Assembly (NCBI GenBank): GCA_963667015.2
Contig: CAXXJJ010000004.1
Span: forward strand, 544,001 to 608,000
Direction: 5' to 3'
Origin: Desulfatiglandales bacterium
Lineage (GTDB): Bacteria; Desulfobacterota; DSM-4660; Desulfatiglandales; HGW-15
Length of the DNA stretch: 64,000 nucleotides
Under the pieces are notes generated by a model, which worked only from the letters and a program-made list of their open reading frames with translations, ran no database searches and had not been told where the DNA came from. Positions 29,091 through 39,211 of the stretch are shown here, in pieces. Every line of letters begins with the position of its first letter. Within the stretch, counting starts at the first letter, position 1. A program made the translations under genes and the position numbers.

Positions 29091-31697
29091 TTATTCTCCT
29101 CCTTCAATCCATGCGTTAAAACGCAGTCCCGCAGCGGGGTCGTATTCTTTTTCAAATACCTCGGGGTATTCCCTTCGCCATTTATCCATCTCCTCCATGC
29201 TGAGTCTCTCCACCTGCACCAGGTAACCGGTTACAACGTTTCCCACTGCATTTTTAGAGGTGATTGGCCCCGGGGATATGGTATTAATTGCCCCTCCGCG
29301 GTCGATCTCTCCGGCCTTGATAAAGTCAACCCTTGCGCCATGATCAATATATGCAACCCCCGGCCTCAGGCGTTCGGTCACATAGGCGCCGGCAAGGACT
29401 ATGCCTCTTTCATTGATAATCTTTACGATATCGCCGTTTTTAATGCCTCTTTTTTCAGCCTCGGAGGTATGTATCCAGCAGGGTTCATACTTGTAACCGT
29501 CCGGTCCTGTCACCTTGCAGGTAGGCGCCTCACGGGTCCAGGTGATATCGTCGCACTGGGCATGAACCCTCCACCGCCCGTGATTGGACTGAAGAAGCAG
29601 CGGGAACATTTTAGACCTTTCACTGGAGAGCCTTTCATCATGCAGGATGCCCTTTTCTATCCATTTAGGCATGGGCGGACGCTCGTGATCATCCGGAAAA
29701 TGTCTTGCAAGTTTCTCAGAATAGAATTCCAGTTTGCCGGATGGTGTCGACAGCTTGTGCTTCTCAGGGTCCTCATAGAACTGTCGCAGGCCAGGAGGAT
29801 CATCTTCCCAGTCCTCAGCCACGTTATAGAGATAATATCCTCTTTCCTTGAACTCTTCCCAGGTTGTGAACTTGGTTAGGTTCATGAATTCGAACACAGA
29901 TTTCTGCATATCTTCCGTGGTCTGGTTTTCGGTCATGGTTTCTTCCATGCCCAGCTTCTTGGCGATCTCCACAACAACCTCAAAGTTGCTCTTGGACTCG
30001 CCGACCGGTTCGATGGCCTGCTCTGTAAGGATCACATTTGGTATCTGGGTACCCTGCCTGATATTTGTAACAATATCCTCAACCTCAAAATGTGTATTGG
30101 AGGGAAGGAGAATATCGGAAAACAGGCAGTCGTTTTCCATCCAGGGGTGCTGGGAAACAATACATTCGATCTCGGGATTCCTGAGCGCCCTTTCTGTATC
30201 ATTGCCGTGATTCCAGCAGGTGGTGCGGCACGGGGTATCAGTCCACATCATATGTATACGGGTACCGCCCTCTTCCTTGGCAATGGGGTATGTATATTTG
30301 ACAAACTGATCCTCGGTGCGGCCTTCCTGTGCCCCGGCCCCGTAAAAGACAATAGGTTCATCGGATTCAATTGCATTCTGGATCAGGGTCTTTGGAAGAA
30401 CCTGTTTCTGCCATGCGGCAACGGAATTCATTACCGGGATGGCCAGTCTTTCATTGATTTCAGGATTGTAAAAGAATGTCCCTGCAAGACCTGCTGATCT
30501 GGGCATACCAAAGTATGTAAGCTGATGCTGATGCACGCCTGGTTTTCCAAGGCCCTGCATGCCAAGCAGGCAGCTCTCAAGTCTGGCAGGTTCATGGGAA
30601 TATGGGCCACGAATCATGCCGCCGCCAAAGTAGTGGGCGATGGATGTTGTTTTTTCGGCAAACTCACGGGCCAGAGCCTTAATGGTCCACTCGGAGACAC
30701 CGCATTTTTTTGAGGCCCATTCGGGTGTCTTGGGAATATCGTCTTCTTCACCCAGAACATAGGCGCAGAATTTGTCAAAACCCACAACATGGGTATCCAC
30801 ATATTCCTTGTCATAGGTCTCCTCCTTGAGCCAGGTATATGCGATTGCAAGTTGAAGGGCCGCATCCGTGTTTGGCAGGATGGGAATCCATTTGTCCGCG
30901 TGAACAGCTGCACCATAGTTAAGATCCGGGCAGATATAAACCTGTTTTATACCGATGTCTCTCCAGAAGTATGTCAGACGGCTTGGAAACTGTCCTGTAA
31001 AACCCCAGGGCGTGGTCTCTGGATCGCACCCCCAGAAAAGCACCATCTCGGCATTTTCGGTTGTGTCCTTTACAATGTTGTGGGCCGGCCACATGGCGCC
31101 CTGTACACCCTGCCCCCAGACATGTTTTGAGCCCCAGTACCAGCCTTCCCAGCTGTCAGGGTTTCGAATCTGCTGGGTGAAACCGCCAAGATTGTCAAGA
31201 AGTGTGCTTGAATGGCCGTGGGGCGTATTGATGGTCATGCATTCGCCGTGGCCGTCTCCCTGCATAAGGATTGCGTTTGGTCCGTATTGTTTATGAATAC
31301 GTTTGATTTCGTTGGCCACAAGGGTTGCAGCCTCATCCCAGGATATCCGCCGGTATTTGCTCTTTCCCCTGTTCTGGGGATTTCTCTCTCCATTGGGGTC
31401 CCAGTCTACACGTACTGCCGGGTATTTGATTCGATTGGGAGAGTAAACCCGCTTTTTATAGGCCAGGGAAAATGGTCCGGGAAGGGATTTCCAGGCCTGC
31501 TCCAGCTTCTTCCCATTTTTTTCCAGGGCCCAGTTTCTTATTTCTTCCCGTTTCACCTTCCAGTCGTAGTGAAAAGGCCTGATCCGGACGATTTTGCCAT
31601 CCTTGATGTCTACCATTCCCTCACTGCCGCCGCCAAAGTATCCGCCGAGACTGAGGGACCTCAAAACTGTCTTGTCTTTAGTTCGTTTTTTTTCCAT
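29091..31697 (-). CDS. DMSO-reductase family Mo-bisPGD enzyme, pyrogallol transhydroxylase (AthL)-like large subunit
   Basis: WDPNGERNPQNRGKSKY, NPDSWEGWYWG (Ser ligand), TPSGKLEF, NHGRWRVHAQCDD; no Tat signal and no N-terminal Fe-S motif. Confidence 0.85.
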   Translation of the reverse strand: MEKKRTKDKTVLRSLSLGGYFGGGSEGMVDIKDGKIVRIRPFHYDWKVKREEIRNWALEKNGKKLEQAWKSLPGPFSLAYKKRVYSPNRIKYPAVRVDWDPNGERNPQNRGKSKYRRISWDEAATLVANEIKRIHKQYGPNAILMQGDGHGECMTINTPHGHSSTLLDNLGGFTQQIRNPDSWEGWYWGSKHVWGQGVQGAMWPAHNIVKDTTENAEMVLFWGCDPETTPWGFTGQFPSRLTYFWRDIGIKQVYICPDLNYGAAVHADKWIPILPNTDAALQLAIAYTWLKEETYDKEYVDTHVVGFDKFCAYVLGEEDDIPKTPEWASKKCGVSEWTIKALAREFAEKTTSIAHYFGGGMIRGPYSHEPARLESCLLGMQGLGKPGVHQHQLTYFGMPRSAGLAGTFFYNPEINERLAIPVMNSVAAWQKQVLPKTLIQNAIESDEPIVFYGAGAQEGRTEDQFVKYTYPIAKEEGGTRIHMMWTDTPCRTTCWNHGNDTERALRNPEIECIVSQHPWMENDCLFSDILLPSNTHFEVEDIVTNIRQGTQIPNVILTEQAIEPVGESKSNFEVVVEIAKKLGMEETMTENQTTEDMQKSVFEFMNLTKFTTWEEFKERGYYLYNVAEDWEDDPPGLRQFYEDPEKHKLSTPSGKLEFYSEKLARHFPDDHERPPMPKWIEKGILHDERLSSERSKMFPLLLQSNHGRWRVHAQCDDITWTREAPTCKVTGPDGYKYEPCWIHTSEAEKRGIKNGDIVKIINERGIVLAGAYVTERLRPGVAYIDHGARVDFIKAGEIDRGGAINTISPGPITSKNAVGNVVTGYLVQVERLSMEEMDKWRREYPEVFEKEYDPAAGLRFNAWIEGGE

Positions 31698-32105
31698 TCT
31701 TAAATTCCCTTTTCTTTAATTTACTCTCCCGAAAATAATCACTTTCCGGAATCAGCCGATATAAACTATAAAGGCATTTAGTTTACGGTTGAAAACTAAG
31801 TTTTGATTATAGCCTATTTTTGCCAAAAGTCAAACATCTGACATTTAATGCTCCAAAAGTTAATTAAAATTAAATATTGAGGTAACTAACTGATATATAG
31901 TCATTTATAGAAGACATATTTAAAAGTTGGGTAAACTCATCATTCTACTTAATAAAAATGCAGCATAATCAGCGGGTAGATTTTTAGGAGCCAGTATTTT
32001 GACACAATTATCCATGTTTTCATTAAACCAGTAATACTTATTCGGGTTGCAGATGTATCATAAGCGTAACCACCTGTATTAATTCAGATTATTTTCAGTC
32101 CAACG

Positions 32106-32121
32106 TGGTATGGATCTTGCT
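32106..32121 (+). promoter_or_regulatory. Sigma-54 (-24/-12) promoter
   Basis: TGGTAT-GGATC-TTGCT fits TGGCAC-N5-TTGCW, 40 bp upstream of the ATG at 32162. Confidence 0.6.
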
Positions 32122-32161
32122 TTTAATTAACACATTATTGAATAGGGGATAAAATCTTGTA

Positions 32162-33022
32162 ATGTCGCAATTTTTTCAAATTAGAACCATATTTCTATTT
32201 GGTGGTCTTATATCAGCATGTCTTTTTGTATGCATGCTGTATATCTATAAGAATCGAAAGACCTATCCGGGTTTCAAACAATGGACAATAGCCTTTATGT
32301 TTAATTTCTCAGGTGGTGTACTCCTGAGCTGCAGGGATTTTCTTCCTTTCTTTACAACTGTAATCCTGGCAAATTTATTAGTGGTGCTCTTATTTGTATT
32401 CATTGCAAGGGGTCTGATCACCTTTGTTGGCAACCGTCAAAACAATCTGACAGATATTTCGATACTTTCCCTGTATATTGCGGCATATATATATTTCAGT
32501 TATTTTTCTCCAAATATCAATGCACGCATAATAATAATTTCATCTGTTTTGATACTTTTCTGTATACGCTGTATTTTTATATGCCACAGAAAACTTCCGT
32601 TGATACTCACCAGAAGCAATTGCCTGTTAATGACAGCCTTTATACTGATAGCCCTCAGTTCCCTATTCCGGGTAATTCTAATGATAGTATTTAATGAGCA
32701 TATTTCGGATTTTATGTCGGCCGGCACAATACATGGAGTCAGTATGATTCTGGTAACGACCGGACATATCTTTATTGCCATAGGCCTGATAGTTATTAAC
32801 GCACAGAGGCTGGAGCAGGAGCTAATTAATGCAAAGGCAGAAATAAAAACGCTGATAGGTTTTATACCTATTTGTGCCAACTGTAAAAATATACGCGACG
32901 ATCAGGGCTACTGGCAGCAGATTGAGGCTTATATTAAAGATCACTCCGAGGCAGAATTTACCCATAGTATCTGCCCTGACTGTTTAAAATTACTCTATCC
33001 GGATTATGATTTTACCGATTAA
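32162..33022 (+). CDS. 7TM membrane sensor-like protein with C-terminal Cys/His (ICxxCKxIRD...HSICPDC) domain
   Basis: Seven hydrophobic helices, a short coiled coil, then PICANCKNIRDDQGYW...FTHSICPDC. Confidence 0.8.
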   Translation: MSQFFQIRTIFLFGGLISACLFVCMLYIYKNRKTYPGFKQWTIAFMFNFSGGVLLSCRDFLPFFTTVILANLLVVLLFVFIARGLITFVGNRQNNLTDISILSLYIAAYIYFSYFSPNINARIIIISSVLILFCIRCIFICHRKLPLILTRSNCLLMTAFILIALSSLFRVILMIVFNEHISDFMSAGTIHGVSMILVTTGHIFIAIGLIVINAQRLEQELINAKAEIKTLIGFIPICANCKNIRDDQGYWQQIEAYIKDHSEAEFTHSICPDCLKLLYPDYDFTD

Positions 33023-34629
33023 AAGGATTCCCCCTTGTTCATATTGCTGATATCAAGACACTGCTTAAGATGCATGCTTTCAGGATAGAATTTAAGGCCT
33101 TCTGATAATATTTTGATAGAGGCATCATAATTTCCCTGTTTCTGACTCAGGATACCCAGCCCGAGATAGGCCCTGTGATCCTGGGCGTATTTCAGTGCCC
33201 TTTCAAAGAGCCTTTTAGCGGTAAGGTCTTTTTCTCTTATTTCAGGGATATTTGCATAATCCCCATGGCTGAAGGTCATGCCGAGCCTTGAAAGGAAATC
33301 AGCGTGATGCACGTACATGTCTTTTCTGTCTTCCAGTTCAATGTTCTTCGCAAATCTATGCACGTTTTCATAAAAGGTGGTTCTAAGTTTTCTCCCGAAC
33401 CGGAGAATGAGATCCTGGTTCATTGTCTGGTCTGTTTCAAAATACATTACACCTTCAATTTTTTTAAGCCACAGGTTATCAGTGAGATTCGTCTGTTTTT
33501 TGTAACTCTCATAGAGTGCAGTCCCGGGAAAAAGATCAAGGATATAGAATATAACGCTCAGGGGGCCTACCTCCATCATGAGATCTATGGATTCCTGAAT
33601 AGTATCCCATGTCTCGCCCGGTGAGCCGTAAATAAAATAGGCCCTTGAAAGGATGCCGTATCTTGTGGTCAATTGAAATGCCCGCCTGACCTGATCGGCC
33701 TTGAGCTCCTTGCACAGCAACCCCCTTATCTTTTCTGAGCCGCTTTCAATCCCGAAACTTATCTGGATACACCCTGCCCTTCTCATCCAGTAGATGATCT
33801 CCTCGTCGATGCAGTCAGCCCGTGAAATGGCATACCAGGATATGTTAAGCCCCTTTTCTATAATCCTTTTACATATCTCAATAACCCTGTCTTTTTTAAT
33901 GGTAAAGGTGTCATCGGAAAAATAAAAAAAGTTAACACCCTTTTCATAGAGCAGCGCAAGTTCCCGGACAAAATGCTCCGGAGACCGGAGCCTCACCCTG
34001 TTTCCCCAGAAATTCGGAGATCCGCAGAATGCGCACTTCCATGCGCAGCCACGCGCCGAGGTTACATGTTGATACCTGAAATATTTTGCCGGAATGGGGA
34101 GATCATCAAGATCCCGGACAGGTTCGGCATCCCCGGTTCTGATCGGATTATTGTTTTTATTAAAGGCAATGCCATTGACCGACTCCGGATCTTCGTCCCT
34201 GTTCACGGTATTGATGAGGTTCAGAAAGACACGCTCCCCTTCCCCGAGAACGATATAATCAATTTCTGGAAAATTCTTTAAAAGGTGTTCCCACAAAAAC
34301 GTTGCCCCCGGTCCCCCCATGACGATCCTGACGCCCGGATTCAGGCGCTTTGCGATACGCGCAATCTCTATGGCGCCCCAGCGGTTGGCATGCATTATGG
34401 AAAAACCAATCCAGTCGGGCTGCTGTTCCTTGAGTATGTTTTCAATCTCATTGGATTTATCCCTGCCATTGTGCCAGTCCAGTATTGCCACATCACAGTC
34501 ATTATCCCTGAGAAACGCTGCAACGGAATAAACTCCAATAGGTATGGCCGCAATTTCTTCTTCATGAATCCTGTCCTCGATGAAATAGGGATATATCAGC
34601 AGTATTTTATTTTGAGGTTTTCCCATCAA
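33019..34629 (-). CDS. B12-binding radical SAM protein with C-terminal TPR
   Basis: GGPGAT, GEGE, RGCAWKCAFC, DDTF, GIESGS, TPR-like tail. Confidence 0.9.
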   Translation of the reverse strand: MMGKPQNKILLIYPYFIEDRIHEEEIAAIPIGVYSVAAFLRDNDCDVAILDWHNGRDKSNEIENILKEQQPDWIGFSIMHANRWGAIEIARIAKRLNPGVRIVMGGPGATFLWEHLLKNFPEIDYIVLGEGERVFLNLINTVNRDEDPESVNGIAFNKNNNPIRTGDAEPVRDLDDLPIPAKYFRYQHVTSARGCAWKCAFCGSPNFWGNRVRLRSPEHFVRELALLYEKGVNFFYFSDDTFTIKKDRVIEICKRIIEKGLNISWYAISRADCIDEEIIYWMRRAGCIQISFGIESGSEKIRGLLCKELKADQVRRAFQLTTRYGILSRAYFIYGSPGETWDTIQESIDLMMEVGPLSVIFYILDLFPGTALYESYKKQTNLTDNLWLKKIEGVMYFETDQTMNQDLILRFGRKLRTTFYENVHRFAKNIELEDRKDMYVHHADFLSRLGMTFSHGDYANIPEIREKDLTAKRLFERALKYAQDHRAYLGLGILSQKQGNYDASIKILSEGLKFYPESMHLKQCLDISNMNKGESF

Positions 34630-34886
34630 TGAATCCTTGATAACTGTATTTCGTCATACCCGCAAACAGACTGTCTTATAATTGCCATACTGTCTATTCT
34701 GTCGTTTCGACCAACGGGAGAAATCTTGTATTTTAAATGAAATTATTTACAGATTTAATTCATAACATATTTTATTTCATTTGTTTATAAATGTAATTGG
34801 CTGATTCTCAAGTGATGGGGAGAAAGGATATCCAGCAGGAATAGTATGTCATTTAAAAACCAAATGGTGGTATCCGGGATAATCCT

Positions 34887-35132
34887 TTATTCATATCTCA
34901 ATGTCTCAATCGGATTGAGGACAGATGCTCGCCATGATGGGTATATGGTTGCAAGAAAGGACAGGAACAATCCGGAGAATACCACAATGAGTATATCTGA
35001 TGGATCGACAAGAACCGGTATTGTTGACATGGGGTATATACCTGCTATTGAAACAAATGATATTACCGATATTAAGGATTGTTTTCTTTTTGCCCTTATA
35101 TGTCTGATACTTAAAAAGAGTTCAAAAAACAT
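34887..35132 (-). pseudogene. LolC/E-type permease collapsed by an in-frame internal deletion
   Basis: N-terminus FELFLSIRHIRAKRKQSLISVISFVSIAGI joined to C-terminus FLATIYPSWRASVLNPIETLRYE; 81 aa versus ~400 aa for the family. Confidence 0.75.
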
Positions 35133-35451
35133 GATAATATCTCTCCCTATTTAAGGGTAAAGATTTAAGATTTGAAACAAGTTTGAGGTCTATGGTCAAT
35201 CGTATGTGTTTTTGGATAAACAGAAAGCTTGAGACTATAAACAGGTATTCCTTCGAATCACCGGGGGAAAAAAATCATATATCAGTGAGTAATTGCCTGT
35301 TGGAAATTTAGACCAAATATTCAGGTATTTGTTCCAGAAAATCGAAGTGGGGAAAGTAACTTAAAAAAATGAAATCCTTCTGCATTTGACATCATCTGTT
35401 TTGCTCATTATATTTACATTCCGGATTTAATGAAAATACAGGAGTTTTACC

Positions 35452-36348
35452 ATGTTTGATTATGATGAAGACGAAGGAATGCACTATGAGGGAGCCTGTA
35501 TCAGGCCTCCCAGCGAGGCATACAGTATACTGCTCCAGGTAACCCTTGGGTGCTCCCATAACAAATGTACATTCTGCGGGACCTATACAGATAAACCCTT
35601 TAGGATAAAAGATGATGACATCATTTTAAGCGATATAAAATACGCATCCAGGTATATGAAAAGACAGGACCGTGTCTTTCTCATGGATGGTGATGCCCTG
35701 ATTATTCCTCATAAACGGCTGATGTGGATATTTGCAAAGATAAAGGAACATCTGCCATGGGTTAAACGGGTCGGGGCCTATGCCAACACAAAGGGCATAA
35801 AGATGAAGACACCGGAGGAACTGGTTGAGTTAAGAGAAAACGGCCTGGGCATCCTTTACCTGGGTGTTGAAACAGGGGATGATGAATTAAGAAAAAAAAT
35901 AGTCAAGGGCTCCACTGCAGCCGAGTGTATTGAAATGGGTCGCAAGGTAAAGGAGGCAGGCATTAAGCTCTCGGTTACCGTTCTTCTAGGTATTGCAGGC
36001 AGAGAAAAATCTCTCCAGCACGCAAAGGCTACAGGCAAGCTTCTCAGTGAAATGGACCCTGACTTTATAGGCGCCCTTACAGTAATGTTTGTTCCGGGCA
36101 CGCCTCTTCATGATGAGCATGAACGAGGTGAATTTGTACTGCCAGATGAACTGGGTCTTTTAAGGGAACTGAGAGAGATGATCCTTCATACGGATATTAC
36201 CCGGGGGCTTTTCTTTTCCAACCATGCATCCAATTATCTTCCGGTCAAGGCAAGGCTGCCCCGAGGAAAACAGGCTGCACTCGACCAGATAGATTCGGCC
36301 CTGAGCGGAAATGTCGAACTGAAGCCCGAGTGGCTCAGGGCACTCTAG
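35452..36348 (+). CDS. Radical SAM protein
   Basis: IRPPSEAYS, GCSHNKCTFC, FLMDGDAL, SNHASNY. Confidence 0.9.
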   Translation: MFDYDEDEGMHYEGACIRPPSEAYSILLQVTLGCSHNKCTFCGTYTDKPFRIKDDDIILSDIKYASRYMKRQDRVFLMDGDALIIPHKRLMWIFAKIKEHLPWVKRVGAYANTKGIKMKTPEELVELRENGLGILYLGVETGDDELRKKIVKGSTAAECIEMGRKVKEAGIKLSVTVLLGIAGREKSLQHAKATGKLLSEMDPDFIGALTVMFVPGTPLHDEHERGEFVLPDELGLLRELREMILHTDITRGLFFSNHASNYLPVKARLPRGKQAALDQIDSALSGNVELKPEWLRAL

Positions 36349-37223
36349 TCTTTTTCCTCCCTGGGAGGCTGGGGCAGGTCTTTCTTATATACTATGGTTC
36401 GATAGGGGAATGGAATTTCAACACCTTCCCTGTCGAACCTTTTCTTTATATTCTCCAGCAGCCAGAAGCGTGTTGACCACATATCGCTAACGGTTTTTAC
36501 CCACACATATACCCTCAGTCCTATTGAAAAATCTCCGTGGGAGATTACCCGGACCATGGGTTCTTCAGCCGCCTCTTTGTCTGTGTAGGGGCATTTATCA
36601 ACCTCATCCAGTATCAGCCTGCGTGCAAGGTCGATATCCGTATCATAACTCACGCCGAGTTCAATCCTGCACATCATGCGCGGATCAATAATGTTATAAT
36701 TGACCAGCGTCATATCATCCAGCTTGGCGTTCGGGATGATCAGCCTTTTATGCTCCCATGTCAGCACTATGGTGTGCCTGAGGGTAATGTCCTCAACTGT
36801 CCCGTATTCACCTTCTATTGTAACTGCGTCACCTATCCTGAAAGGGCGGTAGATTGACAGTGAAAGCCCGGAGATAAGGTTTGCCATTGTTGATTTGGCA
36901 GCAAAACCGATAATCAATGCAGTGATTCCGGCACCGGCAAGCATGGTACCGAAAAGGGACCGCAGCCTCTCTACCTGCCCGGCATAGATAAAAAAAGCAA
37001 TTACCCAAATAAGGAGATTTTTTATCCTTATGGAGTAATGTATAACCGTCTCATCAATTTCTCTTCTAAGTTTGCCTGTAACCCAGTTCAGTCTTTTGAA
37101 AATACGGGTTGTAACTGCGCAGGTTACCCATGCAAGCAGAATTATAAATAAAGGCAGCAGCAGTTTCCCTGTCATGCCTTGAGGATCCATCAGTTCCTTA
37201 ATTCCATTAAGGTTAAAAGACAT
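36345..37223 (-). CDS. mscS: Small-conductance mechanosensitive channel
   Basis: IGFAAK, RPFRIGD, GTVEDITLRHT, IPN, GVEIPFP. Confidence 0.9.
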   Translation of the reverse strand: MSFNLNGIKELMDPQGMTGKLLLPLFIILLAWVTCAVTTRIFKRLNWVTGKLRREIDETVIHYSIRIKNLLIWVIAFFIYAGQVERLRSLFGTMLAGAGITALIIGFAAKSTMANLISGLSLSIYRPFRIGDAVTIEGEYGTVEDITLRHTIVLTWEHKRLIIPNAKLDDMTLVNYNIIDPRMMCRIELGVSYDTDIDLARRLILDEVDKCPYTDKEAAEEPMVRVISHGDFSIGLRVYVWVKTVSDMWSTRFWLLENIKKRFDREGVEIPFPYRTIVYKKDLPQPPREEKD

Positions 37224-37247
37224 ATTTCTCCAAGTATAATTAGATAT

Positions 37248-38315
37248 TTATAAAATCTTCTTCCTTTTAAACCAGAGGAACATAACTATACCGACAATAA
37301 TCATGCCTGTCCAGACAGCAGGATACCCCCAGTGCCATTTGAGCTCGGGCATAAACTCAAAGTTCATCCCGTAAACGCCGGCGATAAAGGTAAGGGGAAT
37401 AAAGATTGTTGCTATGACAGTGAGCTTCTTCATGACTTCATTCATCCGGTTGCTCACACTTGACAGAAACAGATCCATCATACCTGATACAATATCCCTG
37501 CAGGTCTCTATAGTGTCAATAACCTGAATGGTGTGGTCATATACATCTCTGTAGAAAATCGTTGTCTTTTCGCTGATAAGATTCAACTCATCTTTTTCAA
37601 GGCTGCCGATTATTTCCCTGAGCGGCCATACAGATCTTCTTAAAAAAACAAGTTCACCTTTCATATGATGAATTACCTGAAGTGTATCAGGATTAGGAGA
37701 GTCCATAAGGTCCTCTTCGAGACTTTCAACCTTCTCACCGATCTTTTCAAGTACGCCGTAATAGCTGTCCACAAGGGCATCCAGGAGAGTATACAGCAGA
37801 TAATCGGAACCCATCTTTCTTATTCTGCCCTTACCTTTCCTTAGCCGTTCCCTTACCGGATCAAATACATCGCCAATATCTTCCTGAAATGTTATAACAA
37901 AATTTTCCCAGAGTAGAAAACTTATCTGTTCAAATTTCATTCTGTCATCATCAGGGTTATAGTAGATCATTTTTGCAACTATAAAAAGATAATCCTCCAT
38001 ATCATCCAGTTTTGGCCTTTGTCCTGTGTTGAGAATATCTTCAAGCACAAGGGGATGGAGATTGAATTGAGCTCCTATGCTATTGATTATATCAATATCA
38101 TGAAGGCCATCGATATTAACCCATGTCACTCCATGCTTTTCTTTATATGGAACGCACTCGTCAATTGAATCAAGTTCTTTTTCCTCGAAACTCTCTTCGG
38201 AATAATTGATCAATTTTATTATGGCGTTTTCCAGTTTTTTTTCGCCAAGGTGAATAAGGGTTCCAGGTGGCGAACCTGCCTTTTTGATTACTTTTTTCTG
38301 AATAAATAATCTCAT
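37248..38315 (-). CDS. corA: Magnesium/cobalt transporter CorA
   Basis: LHPLVLEDI, QRPK, GVYGMNF, MPELKW. Confidence 0.95.
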   Translation of the reverse strand: MRLFIQKKVIKKAGSPPGTLIHLGEKKLENAIIKLINYSEESFEEKELDSIDECVPYKEKHGVTWVNIDGLHDIDIINSIGAQFNLHPLVLEDILNTGQRPKLDDMEDYLFIVAKMIYYNPDDDRMKFEQISFLLWENFVITFQEDIGDVFDPVRERLRKGKGRIRKMGSDYLLYTLLDALVDSYYGVLEKIGEKVESLEEDLMDSPNPDTLQVIHHMKGELVFLRRSVWPLREIIGSLEKDELNLISEKTTIFYRDVYDHTIQVIDTIETCRDIVSGMMDLFLSSVSNRMNEVMKKLTVIATIFIPLTFIAGVYGMNFEFMPELKWHWGYPAVWTGMIIVGIVMFLWFKRKKIL

Positions 38316-38460
38316 GTTTCCCCTTTGACTTTATTTGACTGGTTTAATAAATGATGTTTGTCTATATTGAATATATGTACAAAATATATAACATTATCAC
38401 TAAGAAAATATCAATAATGTGATTGGAAAAAAGGATGCATTATCAAAGAGTGTCAAATTT

Positions 38461-39210
38461 TTAAAGCGGAAGAATCTTTTTAAATAGATGCTTAACCGCA
38501 TTCCAGCCCATCTTGCGGCGAAGAATTCCGAGTTGATCCTGCAGAGGCAGGTCCTTTGGACAGATATCCTCGCAGGCCAGGAGCCCCATACATCCGAAAA
38601 TGCCTTCATCTGTCCCTATTATTTCAAAATATTCATCTTCAGTCCGTCCGTCCCTCGGATCCAGCATAAACCGGGCAATGCGATTTAAAGCGGCTGCTCC
38701 CATAAAATCCTCACGCATATTGGCCGTGCCGCAGGATGCAATGCAACAGCCGCATTCAAGGCATCGTTCCAGTTCATAGATCTCATTTGCAAGGGCGTTT
38801 TCCATACGTTCGTCTGGCAGGGAGGTATTTTGACTTTCACGTGAGTGAATCCAGGATTCCACCTTTTCGTTCATGGCCCTGAACCATGTGCCGGTATCAA
38901 CAGACAGGTCTCCTATAAGTTTAAACACGGGAAGGGGTAATAGGGTAATCTCATCGGGTAAATATTTAGTAAGGGTTTTGCAGGCCAGGCCCGGACGTCC
39001 GTTTATCATCATAGCACACGATCCGCATATGCCTGCTCTGCAGCAGAAATCAAATTGAAGGGACGGATCCTGATCTTCCCTTATACTTGTAAGGGCTATG
39101 AAAAGAGACATGGTCTCTGTTTCTTCTATTTTGAACAGCTTCATTTCCGGCTTTGAATCAGGAATCATGGGGTTATATCGGAATATATTTAATTTTAAGG
39201 TTCTTCCCAT
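38461..39210 (-). CDS. frdB: Fumarate reductase/succinate dehydrogenase Fe-S subunit
   Basis: CRAGICGSC, CLECGCCIASC, CMGLLACEDICP. Confidence 0.93.
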   Translation of the reverse strand: MGRTLKLNIFRYNPMIPDSKPEMKLFKIEETETMSLFIALTSIREDQDPSLQFDFCCRAGICGSCAMMINGRPGLACKTLTKYLPDEITLLPLPVFKLIGDLSVDTGTWFRAMNEKVESWIHSRESQNTSLPDERMENALANEIYELERCLECGCCIASCGTANMREDFMGAAALNRIARFMLDPRDGRTEDEYFEIIGTDEGIFGCMGLLACEDICPKDLPLQDQLGILRRKMGWNAVKHLFKKILPL

Positions 39211-39211
39211 T

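Noticed and set aside
28980..31703. Many plus-strand ORFs opposite large genes (here and throughout the track)
   Set aside because: Antisense shadows of well-supported minus-strand CDSs, with no recognisable motifs.
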